DNA of 64,000 nt from Vulcanimicrobiota bacterium (GCA_050250895.1 JBFWNU010000004.1:699955-763954), one strand, 5' to 3'; shown: positions 38,601 to 49,154, counted from the first letter of the stretch. Notes: generated by a model not told the origin, from the letters alone. Program-made: numbers and translations.

Positions 38601-39773
38601 ATGCGTTCTCGTCGATTGTTGTGGCTGCTGGTGCTGTTGCTGGGCCTGGGCTGCCAACCTCCCAACGACAGGTTCCAGCTGGGCTCGCTCATCGCCGAGA
38701 TGAAGCCGCCCTTCGGGGATTTTCAGCCTCAGGTTCACGGTCCGATGGTGGTCTATACCAATTCGAAGGGCTCCACCATCCGGCTGCAAAACGAGGGGGA
38801 ACTCGAGGTGGTGCGGCTGGCCGCTCAACTCGAGCGGGCCGCCTCTCAACTGCCAGGGGACCCCGGCGCAGCCGCCTCGACGGTGCGCCTGGGGCGGCCC
38901 CCAGAGAGCCTGTTAGAAGGCCATCCTCAACGGGCCGAACTAGAATTCTGTCGCCAGAAAGTCGGCCAGGCGCTCGAGCTCTGGGACCAACCCGAGCAAG
39001 CCAGAAACGTGCTCGGCGAAGCCATCACCCAACTGCGCAACGCCCGGGTCGAGCCTGGCCCGCTGGGGTGGCACCGTCACCCCGACCTGGCCGACCTGCC
39101 CCGACTCGAGGAGGGCGCTCCCGGCGAGTCCGAGATGCCTGCCTATCGAGCCGTCTTGAAGGGCGAGCACGGCGACGTGTTGGTCTATTTCTTCGTCAGC
39201 CACGGTCAACTGTTGAGCCTGGTGGCCTCGGGGCCCAACCAGCCGTTGCAAGAGTTCTCTTCTGGAGCCGAGCGCATCGCCGAAAGCCTCAGTTTCGAGC
39301 AGGGACAGCTGGCTCCCCAGGGACCTCCGGTCCTCGAGCAGCTGGCCCGGGTCCCCCGCCTGGGCTGGCTCTTCGGCCTCACCATTCCGGCCGCCTTGTT
39401 CGCCGCCCTGGGCGCGAACCTGGGATGGAAGCGCGGAGAGCACAACGACAAAGGGGCTCGAGCCACGGCCGCCACCTGGGCGGGCGTCAGCGTGGGAGCC
39501 GTCTATCCCTTTTGCCTCACCGTGGTGGGGGCCGTGGGGCTGGCGGCTCTGCTGGCCACTGGCACCTCGAGCGGCGGGTTCTCGCCGGGCCTGGCCGGGG
39601 CCATGATGACGTTCATGTTATTCGCCTGCGTCCAGACCTGCGGGGCGGCGGTGGGTCTGGTGACGGCCCTGGCCACCTGGGCGGCAGCCGTCAAAGGGAA
39701 ACTCCCCGCGGTGGTAGCGGCCGGCCTTAGTGGCGCCGCCACTGTTCTTCTCGGCCTGGAGTTCTACGGCTGA
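38601..39773 (+). CDS. Hypothetical lipoprotein with C-terminal TM segments
   Basis: Lipobox LGLGC; about four hydrophobic helices at the C-terminus. Confidence 0.7.
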   Translation: MRSRRLLWLLVLLLGLGCQPPNDRFQLGSLIAEMKPPFGDFQPQVHGPMVVYTNSKGSTIRLQNEGELEVVRLAAQLERAASQLPGDPGAAASTVRLGRPPESLLEGHPQRAELEFCRQKVGQALELWDQPEQARNVLGEAITQLRNARVEPGPLGWHRHPDLADLPRLEEGAPGESEMPAYRAVLKGEHGDVLVYFFVSHGQLLSLVASGPNQPLQEFSSGAERIAESLSFEQGQLAPQGPPVLEQLARVPRLGWLFGLTIPAALFAALGANLGWKRGEHNDKGARATAATWAGVSVGAVYPFCLTVVGAVGLAALLATGTSSGGFSPGLAGAMMTFMLFACVQTCGAAVGLVTALATWAAAVKGKLPAVVAAGLSGAATVLLGLEFYG

Positions 39774-39810
39774 ACAGGACCAGGCCGCCCGTTGCAGAAA
39801 TTGTAACAAA

Positions 39811-40647
39811 GTGAAGGACGACTATAGCCAGCGGAAGCTGCAGGCCGAAATGGCCAAAGCTGCCGCCCGGCAGAAGGAAAAGAAGGAAGCCACACAGTCT
39901 CGGGGGGATCTCTGGAAAGAGCAGCGCAAGAATCGCAAAAAGCTCACCCAGAAAGCCGTCCTCATCTCTGTTTGGTCGGCCGCCGCCGTGGCCCTGGTGG
40001 TGGCCGCCTGGTTCATGGGTTGGTTTCCCGCCGGAACGCCCACGGCGCTCACCCAGGCGCTAGCCAACCCTAAGGCCAGTGAACTCGTCATACCTCGGAC
40101 CGGGCTGACCAAGCTTCCCGACGAGATCTCCACCCTGACCGCTCTCCAGAAGCTCGACGTCAGCGAGAATCAGCTCGCCGAGTTGCCGGCCGGTGTGGCC
40201 AGTCTCACCAGCTTGCAGATCCTCAAATGTCGCTATAACCAGCTCGAACGATTGCCGTCGGGGTTGGGCAACCTGGCCGCGCTCAAAGAGCTGGATTGCT
40301 CAGGCAACAAGCTCACCGCTTTGCCCGACGACTGGTCCGGGCTAAAGAAGTTGACCCGACTGGACGTGTCCAAGAACCAGCTGGGCGAGCTTCCCTGGAA
40401 CGTGGGCGACCTGCAATCCCTGACCTATTTCTCGGCCCGCAACAACCATCTCGGGGCGGTGCCCGACGGCCTCGGCAAGCTCACTGGCCTGGTAGAACTC
40501 GACCTGAGCTACAACCCTATTTCAACCCTTCCCGACCTCAGCAAGATGTCTCATCTCAAGACACTGAATTTGCGTTCGACTAAATTGACCGCGGCCGAGA
40601 AGGACCGCCTTCGCGGCTCGCTACCGAGCACTCAGCTGCTATTCTAG
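39811..40647 (+). CDS. Membrane-anchored leucine-rich repeat protein
   Basis: LxxLDxSxNxLxxLP repeats after a TM helix. Start uncertain (GTG 39811 or ATG 39850). Confidence 0.85.
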   Translation: MKDDYSQRKLQAEMAKAAARQKEKKEATQSRGDLWKEQRKNRKKLTQKAVLISVWSAAAVALVVAAWFMGWFPAGTPTALTQALANPKASELVIPRTGLTKLPDEISTLTALQKLDVSENQLAELPAGVASLTSLQILKCRYNQLERLPSGLGNLAALKELDCSGNKLTALPDDWSGLKKLTRLDVSKNQLGELPWNVGDLQSLTYFSARNNHLGAVPDGLGKLTGLVELDLSYNPISTLPDLSKMSHLKTLNLRSTKLTAAEKDRLRGSLPSTQLLF

Positions 40648-40662
40648 AAAGGGGCGATTCCA

Positions 40663-41076
40663 GTGCTACCGCAACGACGTTCACGGCAGGGCTTCACCCT
40701 CATCGAATTGATGATTGCCATCGGCATTATCGCCATGCTCGCGGCCATCCTGGTCCCGAACTTCATCCGGGCCAAATCCAACTCGCAGCTGACCGCCTGC
40801 AAATCGAATCTTAAGAACATCGCCACCGCCGTGGAGGTCTATTCGACCGAGAACGGTGCTCGATTTCCCCTGGGCCTGAACAATCTGACCCCGAACTTCT
40901 TGAAGACCATCCCCACCTGCCCGGCCATCGCCTCCAACAGCTACGAGGCCAGTTACGTCTCGCACTCGGTGCCCGACATCTACACCGTGATGTGCGAGGG
41001 TAACAATCACCTCACGCTCCAGATTCCAGCCAACTATCCGCAGTGGAGTTCGGTTCAGGGCCTGATTGAGCGATAG
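40663..41076 (+). CDS. Type IV pilin/GspG-like prepilin
   Basis: G/FTLIELMI prepilin cleavage-methylation motif. Confidence 0.9.
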   Translation: MLPQRRSRQGFTLIELMIAIGIIAMLAAILVPNFIRAKSNSQLTACKSNLKNIATAVEVYSTENGARFPLGLNNLTPNFLKTIPTCPAIASNSYEASYVSHSVPDIYTVMCEGNNHLTLQIPANYPQWSSVQGLIER

Positions 41077-41590
41077 GGTGCCCCTCGACCAGACGGTCGA
41101 GTTCGGTTGGGACTGGTTTGGCCGGCCGCGCACGTTCGGCGCCTGGTTTCGTTGTGGTTGGGACGGGCAGCAACTGTCTTTCGAATTCGGAGTAGACAAG
41201 ACGCCCGAGTGTGATCCTCACCCGCACGGTAGCTTTAGACAGGAACTGTGGAAGCAAGATGTGGCTGAGATCTTCGTAGCCGACCGCGAGGGTCGCTATC
41301 AGGAATTCAATGTGAGTCCAAGCGGGGCCTGGTGGAGCGCCCTCTTTCGTGGTTATCGCCAGCTCGAGCGCGAAGTGAGCGAGCCTCCGCTCGAGTTGCA
41401 AGCCGAGGGTGGGGTTGGCGTCTGGTGGGTGAAGCTTCGGGTCAAGCCAGCTCTGGAACTGCACAAGCTGAATTTGACGGCCATTCTTCGGCCCTCGGAT
41501 CCCGTCTATCTTTGCCTGGGGCATCGCTCCGGGGGTGAGCCGGACTTTCACCGCGCCGACAACTTCCTACCTCTGGCCGACTCGGCCTAG
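41066..41590 (+). CDS. CBM9-like/DOMON-like domain protein
   Basis: LWKQDVAEIF, YQEFNVSPSG and PDFH motifs. Confidence 0.7.
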   Translation: MSDRVPLDQTVEFGWDWFGRPRTFGAWFRCGWDGQQLSFEFGVDKTPECDPHPHGSFRQELWKQDVAEIFVADREGRYQEFNVSPSGAWWSALFRGYRQLEREVSEPPLELQAEGGVGVWWVKLRVKPALELHKLNLTAILRPSDPVYLCLGHRSGGEPDFHRADNFLPLADSA

Positions 41591-41629
41591 ATTGCAGGCC
41601 CGGCGAGCCCTCGCCAGGAACATTCGCCC

Positions 41630-42658
41630 ATGCGATGGGTCGCTTTAGCCCTGATTTTGATGCTGAGCAGCCCCGGGGGGGGCCACGAGCTCGAAGGCAG
41701 CACGGTGGTCCTGGCCATCACCTATCAGCGCCAGGACGACCGCAACCAACAACTGCTCGAGCGTCACCTGGCAACCCTGCGACGCCAGGTAGGCTTGAGC
41801 GCCGACGAGATGCCGATCGTCTTTCTCGGCTTTCAAGAAGCCGATTGCTCGCCCGAAGTACTCGCCCGCCTGGGGGTGACTTGCGACGACGGTCCGCTGG
41901 TCTGCATCGTCGAGTGGGGACCCGAGAAGTTCGGCCCCCGCAGGGTGCTCGACGGGGCAGTGGCTCGTCATCTCGACCCTCAAGACGACCGGGTGGCCGC
42001 CATGGTGGCCACCTGGCTCCGCCGGGCCGGTCAGACCGACAAAATTGCTCTCTTGCCCCGACCGCAAACACCCGACCTGCCGGCGGCCGAACTCGTCCCG
42101 GCCCTGGACCAAGCAGTGGTTGCCTTCGTCGAAGGCCGCTACGGCGAGCCCGACGGAGACAACGCCATCGAACTTATCCAGGGCGCTCTCGACCGCCACG
42201 CTGACGCAGCTACGGTAGACCTGCTGGAGCGCTCGGTGGCCGCTTTCGAGAACCAGGCTCGAGCCGCCCTTCACAGCGGCGACCGGCCCCGGGCCGCCCA
42301 GATCTTTCGTCGCCTGGCGGCCCTGTTTCCGGATCGGCCAAGTTATGCTCAGGCGGCCCAGAGCCTGGCTTCGCCCGCCCGCGACCTGCTGATCGGCAAT
42401 TGGAGCTATCGCAGCCAGCCGGGACGGGCCAGCTTTGCGGTATCCAAGGACTTCACATGCCAGGCGAACTGGTTTCCCGAGGGAGGTTCCCCTGCCAAAG
42501 AGCCGGGCACGTGGCGGTGCGTGGACCCCGAAGCCCGGGTCTTCGAAATCCGCTGGCGTTGGGGCAATGTCACTCGGGTCCGCCTGTCCTCCGAAGGCGA
42601 TTCCTTCGAAAGCGACGGTCTGCTGGACGGTCCGGGTGAAGGTCGGCGCAAAGATTGA
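41630..42658 (+). CDS. Secreted hypothetical multidomain protein
   Basis: Signal peptide; open 342-aa frame with typical codon usage. Confidence 0.65.
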   Translation: MRWVALALILMLSSPGGGHELEGSTVVLAITYQRQDDRNQQLLERHLATLRRQVGLSADEMPIVFLGFQEADCSPEVLARLGVTCDDGPLVCIVEWGPEKFGPRRVLDGAVARHLDPQDDRVAAMVATWLRRAGQTDKIALLPRPQTPDLPAAELVPALDQAVVAFVEGRYGEPDGDNAIELIQGALDRHADAATVDLLERSVAAFENQARAALHSGDRPRAAQIFRRLAALFPDRPSYAQAAQSLASPARDLLIGNWSYRSQPGRASFAVSKDFTCQANWFPEGGSPAKEPGTWRCVDPEARVFEIRWRWGNVTRVRLSSEGDSFESDGLLDGPGEGRRKD

Positions 42659-42695
42659 GCAGGATCCGAGCCTCAATCCCCATAAAGACTAAAGT

Positions 42696-43247
42696 ATGGC
42701 CTTGCGTTCGCTCTTCATCCTAGCTCTGGCGGCCTTCCTTTGCGGACCCGCCCAAGCCGAATCCCTCAACTATCACATCGAGAAAATCGCCCTCGAAGCT
42801 CGGGGTCTGCAGCTTGCTCTGGCGGCCGACGAAACTTCGACCTGGGGGCGCCAGACGGCTAGTGACGACCTGCGCCGTCTGCAATCGACGGCCGAAGCCT
42901 TCAGCCAGTCTCTCGAGGGGGAGCCCAAGCCCTCTTTCGAAGAAGCCACTCAGTTTCTGGTCCAGCTCGAGGTGGCCGCCGCCCGAGTGCGCACCAGTCG
43001 CGAAATCGCCGGCTACGAGGCCGAGCAACAACTGGCCGTGGATCGCATGCTGATGGAGGCCAAAGAGGCTCGCCGTAACCTGACTGCCCAGCGCGAGTCG
43101 GCCGAGCGCCAGCAAGCCTCGAGGCCTACCACGCGCTTTAGCCTGGGGCTGAGCTTCGGCCGACCCTGGGGCTGGGGCTATCCATACTACTATCCGCGCT
43201 ATCGCTCTTACCCTCGCTACGGTTACCGCCATCGCATTTGTCGCTAA
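42696..43247 (+). CDS. Secreted hypothetical protein with Tyr/Arg-rich tail
   Basis: Signal peptide ending AQA; C-terminus GWGYPYYYPRYRSYPRYGY. Confidence 0.7.
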   Translation: MALRSLFILALAAFLCGPAQAESLNYHIEKIALEARGLQLALAADETSTWGRQTASDDLRRLQSTAEAFSQSLEGEPKPSFEEATQFLVQLEVAAARVRTSREIAGYEAEQQLAVDRMLMEAKEARRNLTAQRESAERQQASRPTTRFSLGLSFGRPWGWGYPYYYPRYRSYPRYGYRHRICR

Positions 43248-43248
43248 A

Positions 43249-43278
43249 GAAAAGGAGCCGCCGAAACGGCTCCTTTTC
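43249..43278. terminator. Bidirectional intrinsic terminator
   Basis: GAAAAGGAGCCG-ccgaaa-CGGCTCCTTTTC between convergent genes. Confidence 0.85.
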
Positions 43279-43295
43279 GCAGGGCGAAGAAACGA

Positions 43296-44804
43296 CTAGA
43301 GCTGGACGGTGACAGCTTTCACTTCGGTGTAGTTGTTGATCACCTCGGCACCCATCTCGCGACCCCAGCCCGACTCTTTGTAGCCCCCGAACGGCAGCGC
43401 CGCGTCAAAGACGTTGTAGCAGTTGACCCAGATCGTGCCCGCCTTGATACGGTGGGCGAGCTTGTGGGCCTGGGACAGATTCGAGGTCCAGATGCCGGCG
43501 GCCAGACCATAGTTGGTCTTGTTGGCGTAATCGACCAGTTCGTCCATGTCGCTGAACGGCGTGGCCGCGACCACCGGCCCGAAGATCTCATCCCGAACCA
43601 CCGTCATATCGGGTTTGGTGTCGACTAACACGGTGGGCTCGACAAAATAGCCACTTTCGCCCTTGCGACCGCCGCCGGCCAGAGCCCTGGCGCCCTCGTC
43701 GCGACCCGCCTTGAGAAATCCGCAAACGCGGTCAAGCTGAGTGCGGGACACCAGCGGACCCATCTGGGTCTGGGCGTCGAGGCCGTGGCCCAGGCGGATC
43801 TTCTTGGCCCGCTCGGCCACCCCCTCGACCACTTCGTCAAAACAGTCTTTCTGCACGAACAGCCGGGAGCCGGCACTGCAGCACTGGCCGTGGTTGAAGA
43901 AGATGGCATTCGCTGCCCCGGCGATAGCGGCCTTGCGGGGAGCGTCGGCAAAAACGATGTTGGGCGACTTGCCCCCCAGCTCGAGCGAAACCTTCTTGAG
44001 GTTACTTTTGCCGGCCGCGGCCACGATCAGGCGACCCACCTCGGTGGAGCCAGTAAAGGCCACTTTGTCCACATCCATGTGGGCAGCCAGCGGAGCCCCC
44101 GCTTCTTCGCCAAAGCCGGTGATGATGTTGACGACTCCATCGGGGAAACCGGCTTCACAAAAGAGTTCACCCAGACGCAAGGCGCTCAAAGGGGTTTCTT
44201 CGGCCACTTTCAGCACGATGGTGCAACCGGCGGCGAGGGCCGGAGCCAGTTTCCAGGCGGCCATCAAGAGGGGGAAGTTCCAGGGAATGATCTGACCCAC
44301 CACGCCCACCGCTTCGCGGCGAGTGTAAGAGAAGAATTCGGCGCCCGGAGCGAACGGCACGGTGATGGGAATGGTGCTGCCTTCGATTTTGGTGGCCCAA
44401 CCGGCCATGTAGCGGAACATGTCGACCGAGAGCGGAACGTCGGCGACTTTGGCCACGCTCATGGGCTTGCCGTTGTCGATGCTTTCTAGTTCGGCGAATT
44501 CATCCAGGTTCTCTTCGAGCAGGTCGGCGAGTTTCCAGATGAGACGCCCCCGCTCCGAGACGGTTAGCTTGGACCAGGGGCCGGTTTCGAAAGCCTTGCG
44601 AGCGGCGGCCACGGCCTGGTCGATGTCGGCGGCGGCCGCCTGGGCCACCTGGGAGACCTCTTTCTCGGTGGCCGGGTCGACTACCGGGAAGGTCTTGTTG
44701 GTGGAGGCATCCACCCACTTTCCGTCGATGAGAAGTTGATGTTTGCGGTTGAGAAAAGCGGAGACTTTCGAGCTGTACTCCACCTTATCGATGACCAGGG
44801 ACAT
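43296..44804 (-). CDS. NAD(P)-dependent aldehyde dehydrogenase
   Basis: IIPWNFP, FTGSTEVG, LELGGKS, NHGQCC, EIFGP and PFGGYKESG motifs. Confidence 0.97.
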   Translation of the reverse strand: MSLVIDKVEYSSKVSAFLNRKHQLLIDGKWVDASTNKTFPVVDPATEKEVSQVAQAAAADIDQAVAAARKAFETGPWSKLTVSERGRLIWKLADLLEENLDEFAELESIDNGKPMSVAKVADVPLSVDMFRYMAGWATKIEGSTIPITVPFAPGAEFFSYTRREAVGVVGQIIPWNFPLLMAAWKLAPALAAGCTIVLKVAEETPLSALRLGELFCEAGFPDGVVNIITGFGEEAGAPLAAHMDVDKVAFTGSTEVGRLIVAAAGKSNLKKVSLELGGKSPNIVFADAPRKAAIAGAANAIFFNHGQCCSAGSRLFVQKDCFDEVVEGVAERAKKIRLGHGLDAQTQMGPLVSRTQLDRVCGFLKAGRDEGARALAGGGRKGESGYFVEPTVLVDTKPDMTVVRDEIFGPVVAATPFSDMDELVDYANKTNYGLAAGIWTSNLSQAHKLAHRIKAGTIWVNCYNVFDAALPFGGYKESGWGREMGAEVINNYTEVKAVTVQL

Positions 44805-44835
44805 AGGAGACCTCCAGCATTAGGATGGGCCCCGC

Positions 44836-45123
44836 TTAGCCGCAGCGCGTCTGGCCTCCTGTGGGTGAAAATTCAATCTGGTCGGGCCCGAACACCCGTC
44901 GCATCAATCGCCTGGCCAGCGGAAGGGCGAGGATAGCCTGACGGCGGAAGGCTCGGCCAAGAGCGGCGTCAAGTTCGTCGTCGGTAAAAGAGAGACCCTG
45001 CTCGAGGGCCATTTCACAGACCACCTGGCGGGCATAAGCATAAAGACGACGGGGGTTGGTGCGGAAAGTCGCACGGGCCGCCCAGACCACCTCTTCAACG
45101 ATTCTCTTCAGCTGCTCGCTCAC
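44836..45123 (-). CDS. Small hypothetical protein
   Basis: Open frame from GTG 45123 fills the gap between ALDH and the amidohydrolase. Confidence 0.5.
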   Translation of the reverse strand: MSEQLKRIVEEVVWAARATFRTNPRRLYAYARQVVCEMALEQGLSFTDDELDAALGRAFRRQAILALPLARRLMRRVFGPDQIEFSPTGGQTRCG

Positions 45124-45218
45124 TCCTATATAGTAGCACAAACCGGCCACATTTTGCATATTTGCTTTGTTTGCAAAATGTTAGAGGAACCTCGCGCCGC
45201 GCCGGAAAGAGGCTGGCT

Positions 45219-46862
45219 ATGCGAGCACCTGACCTGATTTTTACCAATGCCAAGATCTGGACGGCCGATGAAGCCAATCCATGGGCCGATTCGCTGGCCA
45301 TCGCCGAGAACCGTATTCTGGCCGTGGGCCGTTCCGCAGAAATGCCCGAAGGCGGAAAGAGAATCGACCTGGGGGGACGACTGTTGCTGCCCGGGCTGTG
45401 GGACGCCCACATCCACTTCTACTATTGGAGCCTGGGACTGCAACAGATTCCCCTGGCCGGCGTAGCCAGCCTGGCCCAGATGTTGGAACGCATCGCCGTC
45501 TATGTGGCCTCGCAGCCCGGCAACACCTGGGCGCGGGGTTGGGGTTGGAACGAGACCTACTGGGAAGATTCTCGCCTACCCCACCGTCGCGATCTCGACC
45601 GGGTGACCGGTTCGCATCGTCCGGCCATCTTCTTTCGAGCCGACATGCACTCGGCCGTGGCCAACACCTCGGCCCTGCAGATGGCAGGCCTCATGGAACC
45701 AGGGATGGAGGTCGAGGGGGGTGTCATCGACCGCGACGAAGACGGCTCGCCCACAGGGGTGCTACGAGAACTGGCCATCAATCTGGTCCGCGACCACATC
45801 CCCGCCCCCACCGGCGAGCACACCGACCAGGCCATGCTCGAGGGGATAGCTCGCCTGCACGAAGTCGGTATCACTGGCATCTGCGACCAGCGCATGAAGG
45901 ATCAGGAAGACGGCCCCAAAGCGCTGGCCGCCATGGCTCGCCTCAATCGCCAAGGCAAACTGGACCTGCGGGTCAATTGCAATATCGCCGCCCATAACCT
46001 CTCGCTGCTTGAGGCCCTGGGTCTGGCCTCTCCGATGGGCGACGAACGTCTGCGCCTGGGCCACGTCAAGGTTTTCGCTGACGGCACGCTGGGCAGTCGC
46101 ACCGCCTGGATGCTCGAGCCCTTTCTCGGAGACGCGGACAAGCACGAGAATTGCGGACTTTGCCTGACGCCCCCCGAGCAGATCGCCGAAGAACTGCGTC
46201 GGGCCGTGGAGATCGGCTTTCCCGTCAGTATCCACGCGATCGGTGACCGGGCCAATCGAAGTTGCCTGGACCTCTTCGAGCAACTGCGTTCGGACGGTGT
46301 CGAACCCCCGCTCATCCCTCACCGTATCGAGCACGTGCAGATGATCGACTCGGCCGATCTGCCTCGCCTGGCCGAGCTTGGATTGACCGCCAGCGTGCAG
46401 CCGGCCCACGTGCTCGACGATATGGACACGGCCGACGCCTATTTGGGTGAACGAGCCAAACTGGCCTATCGTTTCGCCGAGTTGGCCAGCCACGGCACGC
46501 TGCTGGCTCTGGGCAGCGACGCGCCGGTGGCCGACTACAATCCTTTCTACGGCATGCACGGCGCGGTTTATCGCCAGCGTCCCGACCGAATGGACCGGCC
46601 GGGCTGGTTCGCCGACCAATGCTTGACCCTCGAGCAGACCCTGATGGGCTATACTCTGGGCGCCGCCCAGGCGGCCGGCTGGTCACGCCTCACCGGCAGC
46701 CTGGCGCCCGGCAAGCGAGCCGACTTCTGCGTGCTTGACCGTGACCTCTTTGAACTCGTCGAACAGCGCCAGAGCCTGCACGAGACGAAAGTGGTAATGA
46801 CCCTTTTTGACGGTCAGATCGTGCACAATCGGCTCGAAGTTCCCGCTCTGACAGCCCCGTAG
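45219..46862 (+). CDS. Amidohydrolase 3 family (YtcJ-like)
   Basis: PGLWDAHIH, KVFADGTLGSRTA, HAIGDRA, RIEHVQ, GSDAPV and GKRADF motifs. Confidence 0.92.
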   Translation: MRAPDLIFTNAKIWTADEANPWADSLAIAENRILAVGRSAEMPEGGKRIDLGGRLLLPGLWDAHIHFYYWSLGLQQIPLAGVASLAQMLERIAVYVASQPGNTWARGWGWNETYWEDSRLPHRRDLDRVTGSHRPAIFFRADMHSAVANTSALQMAGLMEPGMEVEGGVIDRDEDGSPTGVLRELAINLVRDHIPAPTGEHTDQAMLEGIARLHEVGITGICDQRMKDQEDGPKALAAMARLNRQGKLDLRVNCNIAAHNLSLLEALGLASPMGDERLRLGHVKVFADGTLGSRTAWMLEPFLGDADKHENCGLCLTPPEQIAEELRRAVEIGFPVSIHAIGDRANRSCLDLFEQLRSDGVEPPLIPHRIEHVQMIDSADLPRLAELGLTASVQPAHVLDDMDTADAYLGERAKLAYRFAELASHGTLLALGSDAPVADYNPFYGMHGAVYRQRPDRMDRPGWFADQCLTLEQTLMGYTLGAAQAAGWSRLTGSLAPGKRADFCVLDRDLFELVEQRQSLHETKVVMTLFDGQIVHNRLEVPALTAP

Positions 46863-46877
46863 TTTACAACCTGGCAA
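46863..46877 (+). promoter_or_regulatory. Operator variant TTTAC-N5-GGCAA
   Basis: -10 TAGGAT (46920-46925) exactly 42 nt downstream; ATG 46932 follows 6 nt later. Confidence 0.55.
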
Positions 46878-46931
46878 CAATTTTCGGCCCGTTCCGAGGC
46901 TGTACGAACAGGCCGGCTCTAGGATGTGACG

Positions 46932-49154
46932 ATGAGCATTCTAGGACGTGTCAAAGATAAGCTGAACGAAACAGTCCACCGGGTGGAACGAAAGACCAGA
47001 CCGGTGACCGAGACGGTCAAAGAGGTGGTGCGCAAACGCCCCTCGCTGCCGACCCTGGTCGGGGCCCGCGAAGGCGCCCGGCAACTCGACAGCGGCTGGC
47101 GAGCCTTGACCGGCAAGACCCGCCCTCGTAGCCAGGCTCGAAAAGAGCCGACGGTGCTGCGCTCCGAGCCGGCGCAGCAGCCCGAGCCGAGAGGTTGGCG
47201 CGACCGACTGCGCAGCTCGGCCAGCGACCAATGGAACGGCCTCAAGTCGGGGGCCGCCGACCTGTTAGATCAGGGCAAAGACAAGTTGCACGACCTCGAC
47301 CGAACCGCCTTTCATCTGGCCGCCAAGCCCATGGGGGTCGACCTTCATACCGACCGTGGGCTCTTTCAAGAGCTGTTGGCCGAGCATCCCGACGGCGGCA
47401 CCAACTGGTCCTGGGGTATCGAGCAGGTCTTCGACGGCATGACCGACGCCCTCGATCGCAGCGGTCAGCAGCGAATGGACAGCAACAACCGGGGCTACGA
47501 CTGGCTCGAGCGCCAGGCCAGCCGGGTCGGCCTGGACGGAGCCGTTCGCTTCGTCGAACGCCAGCATGATAACACTATCGGAGGCACCAGCAACGCTCTC
47601 GAGGGCGTGGTCGGTGGTTTCAAACCGCTGGTGGCGCACCCCATGACCACCCTTTCTCCTGCTTTAACCGTGCAGGAACTGGTCACCAACCCTAAAGCCA
47701 GCGCCGAACTGCTGGTGAACACCGTGAGCGGGCAAGAGCTCTCGCCCCACCAACAGCAGCAACTCGACGACTTGAACCTGATCAAGAATTTGGCCAGTGA
47801 CGCTGGCACGTTGACTCAACTGGCTACCACCCCCGAGGGCGGTCTGTTGCTAGCCTCGGAGGTGCTCGACCGGCCCCTGACCAGTCGCCAACAGCATCAG
47901 AAAGACGTCTTCTTGCGTTACACTGAGGACTACAAGCAAAGCTATGACGAGTATGGGGTGGCTGGTCTCATCAGTCATGTGGGCACCGAACTGAGCCTCG
48001 AGGTCCTGACCGAGACCGCTACCGGAGGCGGCGGCCTGACCACCCGGGTCGGTCGCGAGGCGGCCGAAGAGGTCGCCGAAGAGGCCGTCGGAGAGGCCGT
48101 CGAACAGACCGCTCGCCGAGGCGCTCGCGAGGTGGTCGACGCCCCCGTGAACCACCGCCTGGTTGACGGGCGCATGGGGGTGGTGGATGCGCCTGAGGGT
48201 GACATTTCCTTCGTCCACCGCGTCAGCGGGCCGGCCGGTGACCCTTCCGAACTGCTCGAAGGCGAGAAATATCTGCTGGGCCACAGCAACGGCCGGGGAG
48301 ATTTCATCAGCCATCGCAACCTGCTTGGCTATGACGCTGAGGGCAAGCCCATCTGGGGACATGTCGACGCCCCCACGCCGCGCCTGCCCAGCCAGCCGGG
48401 AGTGGGCTGGCGCAACCGACTCGACTCGCTCCACCCCGGCCAGCGTCGCCGGGCCAGGGCGGCGGCGGAGCGCGACAATCTTGGCCTCGAGCAAGAGTTG
48501 GCTGGCCGGGGCGAAGCCATCGACGGTGAAGGCCTGCGAGCGATCAGTGACAACTTCAACCAGCGAATGCCTCCCCAACGGCTCCGCGTCGGCTCGCAAG
48601 AGATCCCGGTCCAAGGCCTGCGCGGCCTGCGCGAGCGGCGGGCGCTGCAGCGAGAACTCGAGCATCTGCGCCAGCAGGGGGGTGACGGCGTGTTGCGTCA
48701 ATTCCACGAGGTCATCGTCACCGACCACCCCGGCGTCTTCAATTTCCAACGCTTCGAAAATGGAACCCCGGTGGCCGACATCCTGGGCCGCCCGGTCACG
48801 GATCCGGGTCGTCCCGGAGGATTTCACCTCGACAACTTCGATGGCGGCGGTCGAACCCTGTTCATCCACCGCCCTCGGGTGGGCGACGGAGAGACTCTTT
48901 TCCATGAGGTCGGCCACGCCGTCGACTTCAACAACGGCCAACTCAGCCGCCGTTCGAACGCGTTCGGACAGGGGGGGCTGGCCGACGCTGCTTCGGAATA
49001 TGGCCTCAACAATGCGGCTGAAGACTTCGCCGAGATCTTCCGGGTGGTGGTCTCGGACCCCGACCAGGCAGCCCGCTGGATCGCCGAGAACCCCGGCGGG
49101 CTACGTGCCCAGAAGGTACGCGAGGTCCGGCAAGCCCTGGACTGGCTACTCTGA
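46932..49154 (+). CDS. Polymorphic-toxin-like protein with C-terminal anthrax-lethal-factor-related zinc metallopeptidase
   Basis: C-terminal HEVGH...SEYG..NAAEDFAE; helical N-terminal and middle region ending in TGGGG and an EEVAEE linker. Confidence 0.7.
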   Translation: MSILGRVKDKLNETVHRVERKTRPVTETVKEVVRKRPSLPTLVGAREGARQLDSGWRALTGKTRPRSQARKEPTVLRSEPAQQPEPRGWRDRLRSSASDQWNGLKSGAADLLDQGKDKLHDLDRTAFHLAAKPMGVDLHTDRGLFQELLAEHPDGGTNWSWGIEQVFDGMTDALDRSGQQRMDSNNRGYDWLERQASRVGLDGAVRFVERQHDNTIGGTSNALEGVVGGFKPLVAHPMTTLSPALTVQELVTNPKASAELLVNTVSGQELSPHQQQQLDDLNLIKNLASDAGTLTQLATTPEGGLLLASEVLDRPLTSRQQHQKDVFLRYTEDYKQSYDEYGVAGLISHVGTELSLEVLTETATGGGGLTTRVGREAAEEVAEEAVGEAVEQTARRGAREVVDAPVNHRLVDGRMGVVDAPEGDISFVHRVSGPAGDPSELLEGEKYLLGHSNGRGDFISHRNLLGYDAEGKPIWGHVDAPTPRLPSQPGVGWRNRLDSLHPGQRRRARAAAERDNLGLEQELAGRGEAIDGEGLRAISDNFNQRMPPQRLRVGSQEIPVQGLRGLRERRALQRELEHLRQQGGDGVLRQFHEVIVTDHPGVFNFQRFENGTPVADILGRPVTDPGRPGGFHLDNFDGGGRTLFIHRPRVGDGETLFHEVGHAVDFNNGQLSRRSNAFGQGGLADAASEYGLNNAAEDFAEIFRVVVSDPDQAARWIAENPGGLRAQKVREVRQALDWLL

